DNA of 64,000 nt. Origin: Eledone cirrhosa. Its lineage: Eukaryota. The stretch covers positions 180,978,001-181,042,000 of the forward strand of contig OZ024742.1 of NCBI GenBank assembly GCA_964016885.1, in the 5' to 3' direction. Below the pieces are notes generated by a model. The model made no database searches. It was not told where the DNA came from and saw nothing but the letters and a program-made list of their open reading frames with translations. This document shows positions 50,306-63,588 of the stretch, in pieces; the first letter of the stretch is position 1, and every line of letters begins with the position of its first letter. A program made the translations under genes and the position numbers.

Positions 50306-50310
<5 letters not shown>
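49913..50310. repeat. ~195-bp-arm palindrome carrying minimal hammerhead-like motifs in both arms
   Basis: Arms centred ~50111, nearly perfect in the outer ~150 bp. Confidence 0.92.
50160..50194 (+). ncRNA. Minimal hammerhead-like motif (mirror copy 50029-50063, -)
   Basis: AAC-CTGAAGA-T-TGC-GAAA-GCA-T-GAAA-GTAC-TT-GTT. Confidence 0.5.
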
Positions 50311-50359
<49 letters not shown>

Positions 50360-50360
<1 letters not shown>

Positions 50361-50576
50361 TGATCCCAAAAGTCAGCTCAAAAGTGACACAGAGGAGATT
50401 GAGATTAGCTGGACATGCTCACCAACATCCAGAGTTGACATTGCACTCAGTGCTCCTGTGGGAGCCCCTACATGGACACACTGGTCTGTTAGAGACGCAG
50501 GACATGGCAGCAATAATGAGGGACAGAGATCGCTGGAGAGGACTCGTCCATGGATCCCAGGAATTTTACCCGCCCT
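50360..50576 (+). mobile_element. RTE-type LINE 3' fragment (other family)
   Basis: QRRLRLAGH..HPEL....LLWEP.HG ... MRDRDRWR. Confidence 0.7.
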
Positions 50577-50579
50577 AGA

Positions 50580-50610
<31 letters not shown>

Positions 50611-50617
50611 CATATGC

Positions 50618-50668
<51 letters not shown>

Positions 50669-50757
50669 ATCTTAATAGCCATTTGACACACATCGCTGCT
50701 GGCCATTGTCGCAGCATCGAACACCTTACTACTACTACTACACACACACACACACAC

Positions 50758-50807
<50 letters not shown>

Positions 50808-51300
50808 ACACACACACACATATTTGTTGTGAAAGAGTCATTTCTCAATCTTGGCGCAAAACCAATTTTTTATCCACATGACCTCTACCGACCAATCAAA
50901 ATTGTTTTGACCAAGAATTTTTGCTGGAGCCACTTTTTTAACATTTTAACATAAAAACAGTCTTGGCGCAAAATCAACTTTTTACATTCACATGACCTCT
51001 ACTGACCAATCAAAATTGTTTTGACCACAAGCATTTTTGCAACACAAAAATAACGCTGGAGCCACTTTTTTAACATAAAAACAGGTAGAATTCCCAAAAC
51101 TAATCAGATCAGAGCAAACAGCACGGACACTCTATCTCAAAATTATTTTTGAAAAGCATTTAGAAATGCGCAACCGGTAAAAACTTAAAAACTTAAAACC
51201 ACAACTGAATACTAACCCATACAATCACTAATACTCTTTTATTCCTAATTAAACCATTTTTCAACTGTGAACAATTTGTCAACATTTTCTATTCCGTTTC

Positions 51301-51337
<37 letters not shown>

Positions 51338-51733
51338 AGAGAGAGAAGCGAGGGCCTAAAAGGAGCATCCTGCTAGCAATCACTGCTTCTATTGATGATA
51401 ATGACAATAATGACATTCATGATGATGATGATGATGATGAATGTATGAAAGAAAATAAGAAGTATGCTGGTTTAGAACAGAAGGAAAGGATTTCTAAAAA
51501 AGAACATTTTTCCATTTTTATTATAAATTAATTAGTGATTAGAAAGCTAAAAATTATCATTAAAATAGAAATTTTCAGGAATTTTTATATTTTTGATTAA
51601 AACAAGTAGTTTTTATTGTTGCTTTTTAAAATATTTAGCATAGATGTGATGAGAACAAATGCAACAACAAAAATAAAATGAAATGTTTTATAAATAACAC
51701 TTTGACAACGAAAAGTAAGATAATAATAATAAT

Positions 51734-51921
51734 AATTGTTTCTACTTTTAGCACAAGGTCAGCAAATATCCCAGTGCATTACTAGTACTTTATTTTATCA
51801 ACCCCATAGGGATGAAAGGCAAAGTTAACCTCAGCAGGATTTGAACTCAGATCGTAAAGGGACATAACTATGCTGGAAAGCATGGCATCCGACCCTCTAC
51901 CGATACTGCCAATCCACCGCT
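51734..51921 (-). mobile_element. Family A SINE
   Basis: Full copy next to (TAA)n. Confidence 0.85.
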
Positions 51922-52014
51922 CAAAGATCCAAAATAATAACTTCTAAACATTTGTCCATCACTCTAATGTTTCTGCCAACCCACTACATTAACAGCAAGA
52001 ACAACATGTCTTCT

Positions 52015-52250
52015 ATGACGACAATATATCTATCAAGGAAATTAAGACATTATCCAAATACAAAGATCTGAAATTAGAAATAACCTGAATGTGGATTATG
52101 CAAACAGAAACAAGGCCTACAATAACAAGCTCTGGGAATGTTAAAAAAATATACAGACAGATACATAACCGAAATCCCAGGGCCTAAAAATGTATATAGC
52201 ATACAGAAAATAGCACTATTAGACACTGCACACACATTTAAGACTATAGA
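52015..52250 (+). mobile_element. R4/Dong-like RLE C-terminal fragment
   Basis: KE..TLSKYKDL.LEI..MW ... ALGM....IPG......IQKIALL.TAH. Confidence 0.65.
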
Positions 52251-53848
52251 CATAACAACACCAAAAACAACACTGCATCTAGCCAAGACACACAGTGCTA
52301 TGCTCAGTAATGCATTGACAATGTGCCATAAAAATAAGACAACAAACAGCGGAGGACGCGTTTCACACCTTTCCGACAGACAACCTTTCCCCCACCCCGG
52401 AAAAAACCCCCAGTTGATGGATGTGAATCCGAAATATATAGGGACAATTAAATCTCTCCCAAGGTAACTCTCTCTCGTGTACTTATTTTTATTTTATCCT
52501 TTATACTCTTTCCTTCATTCTTCTACACGTCTTATACACACCATGCATCTCAACGTACACCCACTTACATCTCTCTCTCCACCACCGGATCTTGTTACCT
52601 GGAGATTTACCCATTTGCATTGTCGAGCCTTCCAAACGACTTAAAGATATTTACCAATGATATTAATATTAATAACAAATGTGACAACAACTACAATAAT
52701 AAGAGTGATAGTAACAACAATAGTAATAATAATAACAACAACAATAATAATAATAATTTATAATGATAACAAAAATTGGTTATGATTCATTTCCCACAAA
52801 GGTGTCCCATCCAATTGTTTGGATATAACTGGTCACATATAGTTATATTTTAATGTATCAATTTGTATTTCCATGTTTTTCCCCTTCCACTCTTTTTCAG
52901 AACTTCTCCATCTAAATGATGATGCACATCATGTTTTCCAGTATAATTATTATTGATTGTTTGCAAACATTAAATCCTCAAGAATTAATTTCCCTATCAA
53001 TTAATCATTTATTGGAATCATTGCATCAGAATTCTAAAAAATATTCTAATTGCGTCTATTTCCTCCTCCTTCTTGTTGGCCATATTGAATATTTGTTTTG
53101 ACAAATTTCCACAATCCCATCTCTGTTGCATTTGATGTTTCTGTTGTTAGTTATCCTCATGATTTTATGTTCACTTTCCAAACAGGTATGGGCTTAATGG
53201 GTCATCATGTTTTAAGACTAGGTAGGTCAGTTGACCATATCTTGCTCATGTGTTTCATTTTGACATGGTTTCCACAGCTGGATGCCGTTTTTATTGCCAA
53301 CAACTTTAAAGAGTTGACCAGGGGCATTTTATCATGGCACCAGCACTACTACTTTACAGAATACACCAAATGTATCTTATCTTGGCACCAAAACTACAAT
53401 TTTACAGAGTGTACAGACTGCATTTTATCATGATACCAGCACTAGAAAGGTTGTCCCATACCCAGCCAAACTGAAGAATCCATTCTTGTCTATAATTTTT
53501 ATCTAATCCATCATATCATCTTGAATATTTTGACTAAAGATTCTCTGCTTGAATATATTTTAGCACTGAAGTTATAGAAGTGATTTGGATACTAGCTCTT
53601 GGGATGTGATTACAATTCTCTGATAAGGTTTCAGGTTTTTTTAAAATTATTATTATTATTATTATTTTGCTCTGCAGAAGCCAACAACAACATAAAACAT
53701 ATTTTAAAGCAAGCATCCCTGATAAACTAGTGTTTAGCATGTCATAGGTCCCATGCTTATCAATGTTGCGCTATCAAATGCATCCACTCTCACCAATCCC
53801 CATAGCTCTGTTCTCCTTTATCATCTTTAGCTATGCATCACTTCCTTG

Positions 53849-54180
53849 AGTGATGACCTTTCTGGAGCAATGACCTTTCCATAAATGTCATAAATGTTAG
53901 TGCATCTATCACCTCTCCACACTGATAACGTTTCTGGAGTGATGACCTTTCTGCAATGATGACCTTTCTACAGTCATGACCTTTCTGCAATGATGACCTT
54001 TCTACAGTCATGACCTTTCTACAGTCATGACCCTTCTGCAATGATGATCTCTCTAAAGTGATGTCCTATCATCACTGTGGAAAGGTCATCAGTGTAGAAA
54101 GGTCATCAGTGTAGAAAGGTCATCACTCCAAACAGGTCATCACATCATAAAAGTCATCAATCCAGAAAGGTCATCACTGT
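53849..54180. repeat. Diverged 17-bp monomers in inverted arrangement
   Basis: GATGACCTTTCT units (53849-54050) then AGAAAGGTCATC units (54080-54180). Confidence 0.75.
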
Positions 54181-54189
54181 GGTGGAGAG

Positions 54190-54465
54190 ATGATAGAGGC
54201 ACCCACATTTATGACACAGTAGTAAGGTGATAGAGGCACCTAGATTTATGATACAGTAGTGAGGTGATAGAGGCACCTAGATTTATGACACAGTAGTGAG
54301 GTGATAGAGGCACCTAGATTTATGACACAGTAGTGAGGTGATAGAGGCACCTAGATTTATGACACAGTAGTGAGGTGATAGAGGCACCTAGATTTATGAC
54401 ACAGTAGTGAGGTGATAGTGGCGCCTAGATTCATGACACAGTAGTAAGGTGATAGAGGCACCCAT
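54190..54465. repeat. 37-bp minisatellite x~7
   Basis: Unit GTGATAGAGGCACCTAGATTTATGACACAGTAGTGAG. Confidence 0.92.
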
Positions 54466-55065
54466 ATTTGACATTTGTCACAACTGTGCAGAGATACTAC
54501 AGACATCAACATTTATGACGGAATAAGCAGGCGATAAATATATCAATATTTATAACACTGTGGAGAGTTTAGTTGTTTAAACTTATGAAGGTGCTGTAAA
54601 ATCTCTTGAAGGTGTATATCTCACTGTAAATGAAAGAATGCTTCTCTGACATTTTGTGGTATACATACAAATGTAATGACCTTTTTGTTGTTCACATTCA
54701 CCCCTTTTAATTTTTAGTTCAATTCTTGTCAAGTTTGGCTTTGCATGGTTGGCAATGCATATTAGGCATTCTCATCAGTATTGCACTCATGAAATGCACC
54801 ATTAGCTTGCATGTAACATAAGGTGCATGCAAGTGAATTTAGAAAATGCTGCATCATAAATGAAAAGCTGTTCAATGCATGTCATTATGGTGGAAAAATA
54901 GAAGTAATAAAATTTATGCTACTGCTATTGATGTCAATGTTACTGTTGCTGCTATAACTGCTGCTGCTATTATTGTTGCTGCTGTTGCTGCTATGGTTGG
55001 TGCTGTTTCTTCTATTGCTGCTATTACTCTTGCTGCTGCTGATACTACTGCTAAATATTATAATA

Positions 55066-55250
55066 ATTGTTTCTACTTTTGGAACAAGGCCAACAATTTC
55101 CCTTGTGTAATACTGGTACTTTATTTTATCGACTACATAAGAATGAAAAGCAAAGTTAACCTTGGTGGGATTTAAACTCAGAATATAAAGGGCCATAACT
55201 CAATGCTGTAAAGCATTGTGTTTGATGCTCTATGAATACTGCCAATCCAT
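55066..55250 (-). mobile_element. Family A SINE (diverged)
   Basis: Core and tail recognisable. Confidence 0.75.
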
Positions 55251-55689
55251 TTATAATCATCATCATCATCATCATCGTTTAATGTCTATCTTCCACGCTA
55301 ACATGGGTTTAGACGTGAATTGTGCCACTTGAGGCAAGATTGGTCGTCTCACTCGTATAGGACTGTCTGGCAGGTTTTCTACGGCTGAATACCCTTCCTA
55401 ACACCAACCACGTTTACAGTGTGGACCGGGAGGTTTTTACTGTGTTACCTATATGGCCACATTACAGCGTGGACTGTGTTTTTTTTTTGTCATGACACCT
55501 ACACAACCTCATTTATTTAGGACTGGATGTTGTGGTACCAACATAACTTTACAGAGAAAGGGTGGTGTTGGTGGGGGTGGAGTGGGAGAGTTGGGGGTCG
55601 TGGGATGGGGGTGACTACTGACTGTAGGTTTCGCTTTGTACTTAGGCAAGGCAGGTTTTCTGCATTACTGCGTAGCACCAAAGATCTCA

Positions 55690-56012
55690 GTCCAGTGACA
55701 TTGTCTTAGAGAGGTGTAAGTATATAAGGTTGGAATTTATCAAATCATCCCAGGTTTTTCTGGGTCTGCCTACTCCGTAACTTCCGTCTATTTTTATCGC
55801 CCTGCACTTTTTTATACAGCTGTCGTCTTTCATGCGCATCACGTGACCATACCAACGTAGTCTTCTCTCGAGTAAACAGCATCTGATCCCTCTTATACCT
55901 AATTTCTTACTTAATTCATTTATGCTTTGCTGTTCATGTATATTACTATTACACATCCAGCGGTGCATGCAGGCTTCATTCCTCTCCAGTCTGCATATAT
56001 CCTCTGCACACA
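55690..56012 (-). mobile_element. RTE LINE 3' fragment (older subfamily)
   Basis: RLERNEA.M.RWMC...ERRLRWYGHVMRM...GRPRKTW. Confidence 0.85.
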
Positions 56013-56038
56013 ATGCCCATAATGATGATAATGATAAT

Positions 56039-56422
56039 AATTGTTTCTACATTACGCACAAGGCCAGCAATTTACCAGTGCATTACTGGTACTTTATTTT
56101 ATCGACCCCGTAAGGATGAAAGGCAAAGTCAACCTCGGCGGGATTTGAACTCAGATCGTAAAGGGACATAACTATGCTGGAAAGCATGGCGCCCGACCCT
56201 CTACCGATACTGCTGAAAATAATGATTTCTACTATAGGCACAAGGCCAGAAATTTGGGGAGAGGGGAAAGTCGATTAAATCGACCCCAGTGCGTGACTGG
56301 TACTTTATTTTATCAACCCCGTAAGGATTAAAGGCAAAGTTAACTCAGATCGTAAAGGGCCGTAACTCTATACGTCAAAGCATGGCGTCAGATCCTCTAC
56401 CGATACTGCCAATCCACCGCCC
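56039..56422 (-). mobile_element. Two tandem family A SINEs
   Basis: Copies 56039-56213 and 56220-56422. Confidence 0.85.
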
Positions 56423-56770
56423 TACAATCGATTTATAATAATGATGATAATGACAATAATGATGATCATCATCGCCATCATCATAATTATTATTATGACA
56501 ATGGTGCTGTGGTTGATGATGATGGAAATGATGATCACAATGTGAACTATGACAACAATGAGAACTACAACAATGACACAAATGATGATGTTGATGATAA
56601 TGATGATGACTATTATTTTTATTATGACATTGATGATGCTAATGATGCAGCAGATGATGTTGACTATAAGAACAATGACAATTATGATAACTAGATAAAA
56701 AATTTATGTTTTTGCCAGGTTTGCTCTTTTATTTGTCCCACTTTATTAACTGGTGATTCCGTAAAGGTTT

Positions 56771-58900
56771 CACTCCAGAAAGGTCATCACTCCAAATAGG
56801 TCATCACTTCAGAAAAGTATTCACTCCAGATAGATCATCAATCCAAATAGGTCATCACTCCAGATAGGTCATCAACCCAAATAATAGGTCATCAACCCAA
56901 ATAGGTCATCACTCCAGGCATGTCATCACTTCAGAAATGTCATCAGTTAAAAAAGTCATCAGCCCAAAATGTCATCACTCAAGAAAAGTCATCACTCAAG
57001 AAAAGTCATCACTTCAGACAGGTCATTACTTTAGAAAGGTCATCCCTGTAAAAAGGTTGACTCTATAGAAAAGTCATCAGTTCAGACAGGTCATTACTCT
57101 AGAAAGGTCATCCCTGTAAAAAGGTTGACTCTATAGAAAAGTCATCACTTCAGACAGGTCATCACTGTAGAAAGGTCATCCCTGTAGAAAGGTCGTCTCT
57201 ATAGAAAAGTCATCACTTCAGACAGGTCATTACTGTAGAAAGGTCATCCCTGTAAAAAGGTTGACTCTATAGAAAAGTCATCACTTCAGACAGGTCATTA
57301 CTGCAGAAAGGTCATCCCTGTAGAAAGGTCGTCTCTATAGAAAAGTCATCACTTCAGACAGGTCATTACCGTAGAAAGTTCATCCCTGTAAAAAGGTTGA
57401 CTCTATAGAAAAGTCATCGCTTCAGACAGGTCATTACTGTAGAAAGGTCATCCTTGTAGAAAGGTCGTCTCTATAAAAAAGTCATCACTTCAGACAAGTC
57501 ATTACTGTAGAAAGGTCATCCCTGTAAAAAGGTTGATTCTATAGAAAAGTCATCACTTCAGACAGGTCATTACTGTAGAAAGGTCATCCCTGTAGAAAGG
57601 TCGTCTCTATAGAAAAGTCATCACTTCAGACAGGTCATTACTGTAGAAAGGTCATCCCTGTAAAAAGGTTGACTCTATAGAAAAGTCATCACTTCAGATA
57701 GGTCATTACTGTAGAAAGGTCATCCCTGTAGAAAGGTCGTCTCTATAGAAAAGTCATCACTTCAGACAGGTCATTACTGTAGAAAGGTCATCCCTGTAAA
57801 AAGGTTGACTCTATAGAAAAGTCATCACTTCAGACAGGTCATTACTGTAGAAAGGTCATCCCTGTAGAAAGGTCGTCTCTATAGAAAAGTCATCACTTCA
57901 GACACGTCATTACTGTAGAAAGGTCATCCCTGTAAAAAGGTTGGCACTATAGAAAAGTCATCACTTCAGACAGGTCATTACTGTAGAAAGGTCGTCTCTA
58001 TAGAAAAGTCATCACTTCAGACAGGTCATTACTGTAGAAAGGTCATCCCTGTAGAAAGGTCGTCTCTATAGAAAAGTCATCACTTCAGACAGGTCATTAC
58101 TGTAGAAAGGTCATCCCTGTAGAAAGGTCGTCTCTATAGAAAAGTCATCACTTCAGACAGGTCATTACTGTAGAAAGGTCATCACTGTAGAAAGGTCGTC
58201 TCTATAGAAAAGTCATCACTTCAGACAGGTCATTACTGTAGAAAGGTCATCCCTGTAGAAAGGTCGTCTCTATAGAAAAGTCATCACTTCAGACAGGTCA
58301 TTACTGTAGAAAGGTCATCCATGTAGAAAGGTTGTCTCTATAGAAAAGTCATCACTTAAGACAGGTCATTACTGTAGAAAGGTCATCCCTGTAGAAATGT
58401 CGTCTCTATAGAAACGTCATCACTTCAGACAGGTCATTACTGTAGAAAGGTCATCCCTGTAGAAAGGTCGTCTCTATAGAAAAGTCATCACTTCAGACAG
58501 GTCATTACTGTAGAAAGGTCATCCCTGTAGAAAGGTCGTCTCTATAGAAAAGTCATCACTTCAGACAGGTCATTACTGTAGAAAGGTCATCCCTGTAGAA
58601 AGGTCGTCTCTATAGAAAAGTCATCACTTCAGACAGGTTATTATTATAGAAAGTGGATTGGCAGTATCGGTAGAGGGTCGGACGCCATGCTTTCCAGCAT
58701 AGTTACATCCCTTTACGATCTGAGTTCAAATCCCGCCGAGGTTGACTTTGCCTTTCATCCTTACGGGGGTCGATAAAATAAAGTACCAGTAATGAACTGG
58801 GTAATTGCTGGCCTTGTGCCTAAAGTAGAAACAATTATTATAGAAAGGTCATCCTTGTAAAAAAGTAATCAATATAGAAAAGATATCACTTCTGAAAGGT
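56771..58900. repeat. 17-bp satellite with 68-bp (4-mer) and 136-bp higher-order repeats
   Basis: CACTTCAGACAGGTCAT TACTGTAGAAAGGTCAT CCCTGTAGAAAGGTCGT CTCTATAGAAAAGTCAT; 68-bp period (57061, 57129, ...). Confidence 0.95.
58654..58836 (+). mobile_element. Family A SINE inserted in the satellite, 14-bp target duplication
   Basis: ATTATTATAGAAAG at 58640-58653 and 58834-58847. Confidence 0.9.
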
Positions 58901-59199
58901 CATAATTCATTACAAACATGAGTGCTAATTATATGCAAATTAGTATGTCCATTTCAGAATAATACTGAGAGTGAATTGGATATATATACCCATCAAATAC
59001 ATGTTACCTTGTGGTTGATTGGATGATATACACGTCTTCTGTTGATGTTTCAATAAAATCAGAAAATTAATGAGAGATTTAAATCATTTTATTCAATTTC
59101 CTGGCATGTTTACATTGCCTACAAATTAGATATGTGTACATATTTATATATGTTGATCCAGTCTTAGTGACACACTCTGTATTTACACAGATATAATTT

Positions 59200-59475
59200 T
59201 GTGGTTAGGGTATTTGGCTCTCAATCGTAAGGTCATGAATTCGATTCCTGGGGGTGCATTGGGTCCTTGAGAAAGACACTTTATTTCATATTCCTCCAGT
59301 CCACTCAACTGACAAAAATGAGTACCTGTAATTCTGTGTCATGCTGAAGCTCCCAGAGAACTATGTTAAGGATACACATGCCTGTTGAATACTCAACCAT
59401 TTGCCTGTTAATTTCATGAGCAGGCTGTTCTGTTGATCATATCAACTGGAACACTTGTTATCATAATTGACGAGT
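59200..59475 (+). mobile_element. Old tRNA/CORE-like SINE
   Basis: GTGGTTAGGG..GAATTCGATTCC..GTCCTTGAGAAAGACACTTTATTTCA. Confidence 0.6.
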
Positions 59476-59519
59476 GGCATATATATATATATATGCTCTA
59501 TCATTCATTATAATCATTG

Positions 59520-59790
59520 TTTTTACATTGCAATCCTTTGTCTTCTCCTCTGTTAGTCTCAGCAATTTTAGGTCAGCTCTCACATCTGCCCAGGTCTTTC
59601 ATGGTCCACTTCTATTGTGGCTTCCTTCCAATGGAATTTCCTGGCATGTCTGCAGCTGGCGATCAACATCTCTGCATATCACATATCTGTGCCAATGCAG
59701 TCTTCTCTCCTATACACCACTTTGGATTCCTCTTAAACCCAGCTTCTCCCTCAGCTCATCCAAGCTCTGACTTTCTTTCACATTTACATT
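59520..59790 (-). mobile_element. Degenerate RTE 3' fragment
   Basis: Reverse complement resembles LREKLG.RGI...ERRL.W..HV...RP.KTWA. Confidence 0.6.
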
Positions 59791-60552
59791 ATACAACCCA
59801 CAAAATAACTCTACAATCTATATAACATATAAATATATATATATATGTATGAATGTATATATATGTCTATGTATTAATATATATTTCTATATTTATACCT
59901 ACATACAAACCTCCCCCCCCCCCCATATATATATATATATTTATATATATATATATACATGCACAGAAATATATATGTATAGGTATGAGTTTTCATATTT
60001 ATATAGAAAGTGAATACATTTAGACTCAACAACACTAATTACAGCAATGACAACATTAATAATAACAACAATAACTGCAATGACAGCACCAACAACAATA
60101 ACACCAATACTAATATAGCATAAAATATCACTAAACTAGAAAAGCAATATTTCTTTGGGAGCCAAAGAAATCATTTGGTTTCACTTAAACCTCAGAAATA
60201 CTGTTGTTTTTTTACATTTATTTTCCATCTGACTTTTTGGCTATATAATATTATATGATATTATATAATATCAATATAAACATTTTCATAACAATTTCTA
60301 TTTTCTTCTTAATATATTTATACTTTTGTAATATATTTGTTGGTGTATTTTCCATCTTCCTTTTCCCAAACACAGATAAGAAGATAATTATTTCTTCATA
60401 TATCATTTTTTTAATAATTTTTATATTTGTTCATGTTCTTGGTATATTTTGTAGAAATTATTCTGAAGTCAACATACCACAATATATCATACTAAAATGG
60501 CAGGAAATATATATGTGTGTGTGTGTGTATATATATATATATGTATGTATAT

Positions 60553-60595
<43 letters not shown>

Positions 60596-60855
60596 ATCAT
60601 CATCATCATTGTTTAACACCCATTTTCCCCACACACACATATATATATATATACATACTGTATTTATATATATATACACTATATATATATACACTATCTA
60701 TATATAGTGTGTGTGTATGTAAATGTGTGTGTGTGTTTGTATATATATATATATATATATATATATGTGGTGGGGGGGGGGGGTATGCACCTATACATGC
60801 ACGCATACAACATATATTTTCTAAAAATAACAATGGCAAATATTAGAATATAAAT

Positions 60856-60957
<102 letters not shown>

Positions 60958-60968
60958 CATATATATAG

Positions 60969-61013
<45 letters not shown>

Positions 61014-61351
61014 AGAGGAAGAACATAAGAGTGTTTCCATTTTTCTATTTCCTATTTCCTTGCAATTATCAGCAACATCAGGACTGGAGTCCATAAAATC
61101 AGATAAATTGTCCTTCCTAAACATTTAACGCTCTTTAAAACTATCGATTCCTTTCTGACTCGTCAAGAAGAAGTGTGGAACACCATTTCTCCATTAAAAT
61201 GGACCTCATGTAATAAATAGGGTCCTTTTTGAGCGAGTTTTTTTATGGTAGGATGCTCTAATGTTTCTGCATAATTCCTGCCCCCTCCTGCATAATTTCT
61301 GCCTCTTCTTCTTCTTCTTCTTCTTCTTCTTCTTCTTCTTCTTCTTCTTCT

Positions 61352-61386
<35 letters not shown>

Positions 61387-61869
61387 TTCTTCTCCTCCTC
61401 CTCCTCCTCCTCCTCATCATCATCAACCGCCCCCTTCTTCTTCTTCTTCTTCTTCTTCTTCTTCTTCTTTGCCCATTTATTCCTGAGAGGTTGTCGGGGC
61501 AGAGTCCTTAAACACTCCTTCCAGCAGGTCCTGTCAGAAACAACCATTGCCAACTGATTTGGTTAGATCCCTTAAGTGAGACCAGCTGAGCTCATGGATG
61601 TTATCCAACCATCTTGCTCTTTGAACTTAAAAAGCAATTTTTTTGTTATATATTGATCAGATTATGAAGGCTAGGGTCTTTGACATAGGTAGAACCAATG
61701 GAAGAGGAAATAATAAATCATCAAATACATTACCTTTAATGGGTTTCCACATAGTTTGAATTCTTCAATTTTTCTGATAATGTCTGGGTTGATAAATGGT
61801 TATTACAGAAAATATTTGTCAGAACTTCTAATATTTGTCTCTTCCTCCTTCTTCTTCACCCACATAAAC

Positions 61870-62530
61870 CTGGGAGGCTCGTGGGACAGAGTCCTCAAGC
61901 ATGCCTTCCTGTCAGAATCAACCGATCCTGCTAGATCCCCAAGCAAGATCAGCTGAGTTCAAGGAGGTTATCCAACCATCTTGCTTAAACTCTACCTCTG
62001 AGTCTCCTGCCAGTTAGTTTTGCCCATAAAATCTGTCTAGCAATTCTTTCTTGAGACATTCTAACCATATTTCCATAGTATTGGAGCTCTGATCCCTCCG
62101 GCTGGAGAAGTAACATCTCTACCTGGAGCAACACTCTCATCTCTGAGCTACACACTCTATTGAGTAACATTACTCCAAGACCCTTTAGTGGAACCCCATC
62201 TTGGCAGCTCACATTCTTTCAGTCATTACCCAAGATTCATGAGAATAGGCAAAGGTTGGCATTAATACCGAATTACATGCTTTCTTGACAGGATGAATGT
62301 CATGCTTCGCAGTACTGATTTTCATTCCTGCTGTGCAGTACTCAGCAGCAAGCCCATCAAGTGAATGTCGAAGATCATCTTCTGACAATTTAAGTAGTAC
62401 TATGTCATCCGCAAACTCAAGCCAACTGATCCTACACCTGCCAGTCTCGATACCCTTTCCAAACCGGCTATGTGTGTCAATCCCTCCAATACTGCATGAA
62501 CTGACAATGGGCCTGTGACCAGTCCTGGGA
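61870..62530 (-). mobile_element. Degenerate RTE-type LINE fragment (RT core to 3' end); a related 3' end also at ~61480-61620
   Basis: LEFADDIVLL, AGMKISTAK, Y.HESWVMTE, YYGNMVRMSQERIARQILWAKLTGRRLRGR. Confidence 0.75.
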
Positions 62531-62770
62531 GAAATGGGATGAAAACACAAAGACTACATATTCCGAGACCCCAGAGAGGGACCAAAAGGAAGCAAACCTT
62601 GACATACATGCACATGCACACATATACCAACGCACATACATGCACATGCATATACAAATATGCACATACATGCAGATACACACACATATACCAACATGCA
62701 CATACACACACGTATAACAACATGCACATTCACACACATATACCAATATGTACATACACACACACACTTC

Positions 62771-63240
62771 TGTCAGGAGTTGCAAATGACGGGTAGCATC
62801 AGCAATGGAAAGACCAATGAAAATATTGTTTCATTGGTTCAATCTAATGATTGACTCATTTCCTTTCTTTTGTCAGGAGTTACAACTGGCAGATAGTATC
62901 AGCAATGGAAAGAACAATGAAAACATTATTCCATTCAACAATTGGCTCTTTTCCTTTATTATTCTAGGATTTGAGATGAGTAGATATTATCAGCAATAGA
63001 AATACCAATAGTAATATTATTCGATTTGACAATTCATACTTTTCCTTTATTAGGCCAGGAGTTGTGATAAATAGATAGTATCAGCAATGGAAAAACCAAA
63101 TGAAACAGTGTTTCCTTGGTACAATCTAACAATTGGTTGCTTTATTACACCAGGATTTGTAACTGGCATACAGTATCAGCAATAGAAAAACCAGTGGAAA
63201 AATCATTTCCTTGGTCCTACCTGACAGTTGATTCCTTTCA
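62771..63240. repeat. Old ~85-100-bp tandem repeat x5
   Basis: AGGA(G/T)TT....ATCAGCAAT(G/A)GAAA motif recurs five times. Confidence 0.75.
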
Positions 63241-63442
63241 TTTGCAAGAAAAATCTGATTTTCTTCTCAAACATTATGTTATGGTGACATCATTCCAAAG
63301 GTCAATTTTGAATGTGAAATATTGTACAGACTTCTTTCTAGCATGAAAATATTTGAAGTGAAAATTTAGAAACATATGAATGATTAACTTTTGTCGTTAG
63401 ATAAGAAATGCAATGAATATATGAATAAATTATATATATATA

Positions 63443-63515
<73 letters not shown>

Positions 63516-63516
63516 C

Positions 63517-63588
<72 letters not shown>

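Noticed and set aside
52900-53140. Candidate host exons after polypyrimidine-AG sites (also ~7430, ~22650, ~60460 minus)
   Set aside because: Frames close quickly or give no recognisable protein; no consistent exon chain
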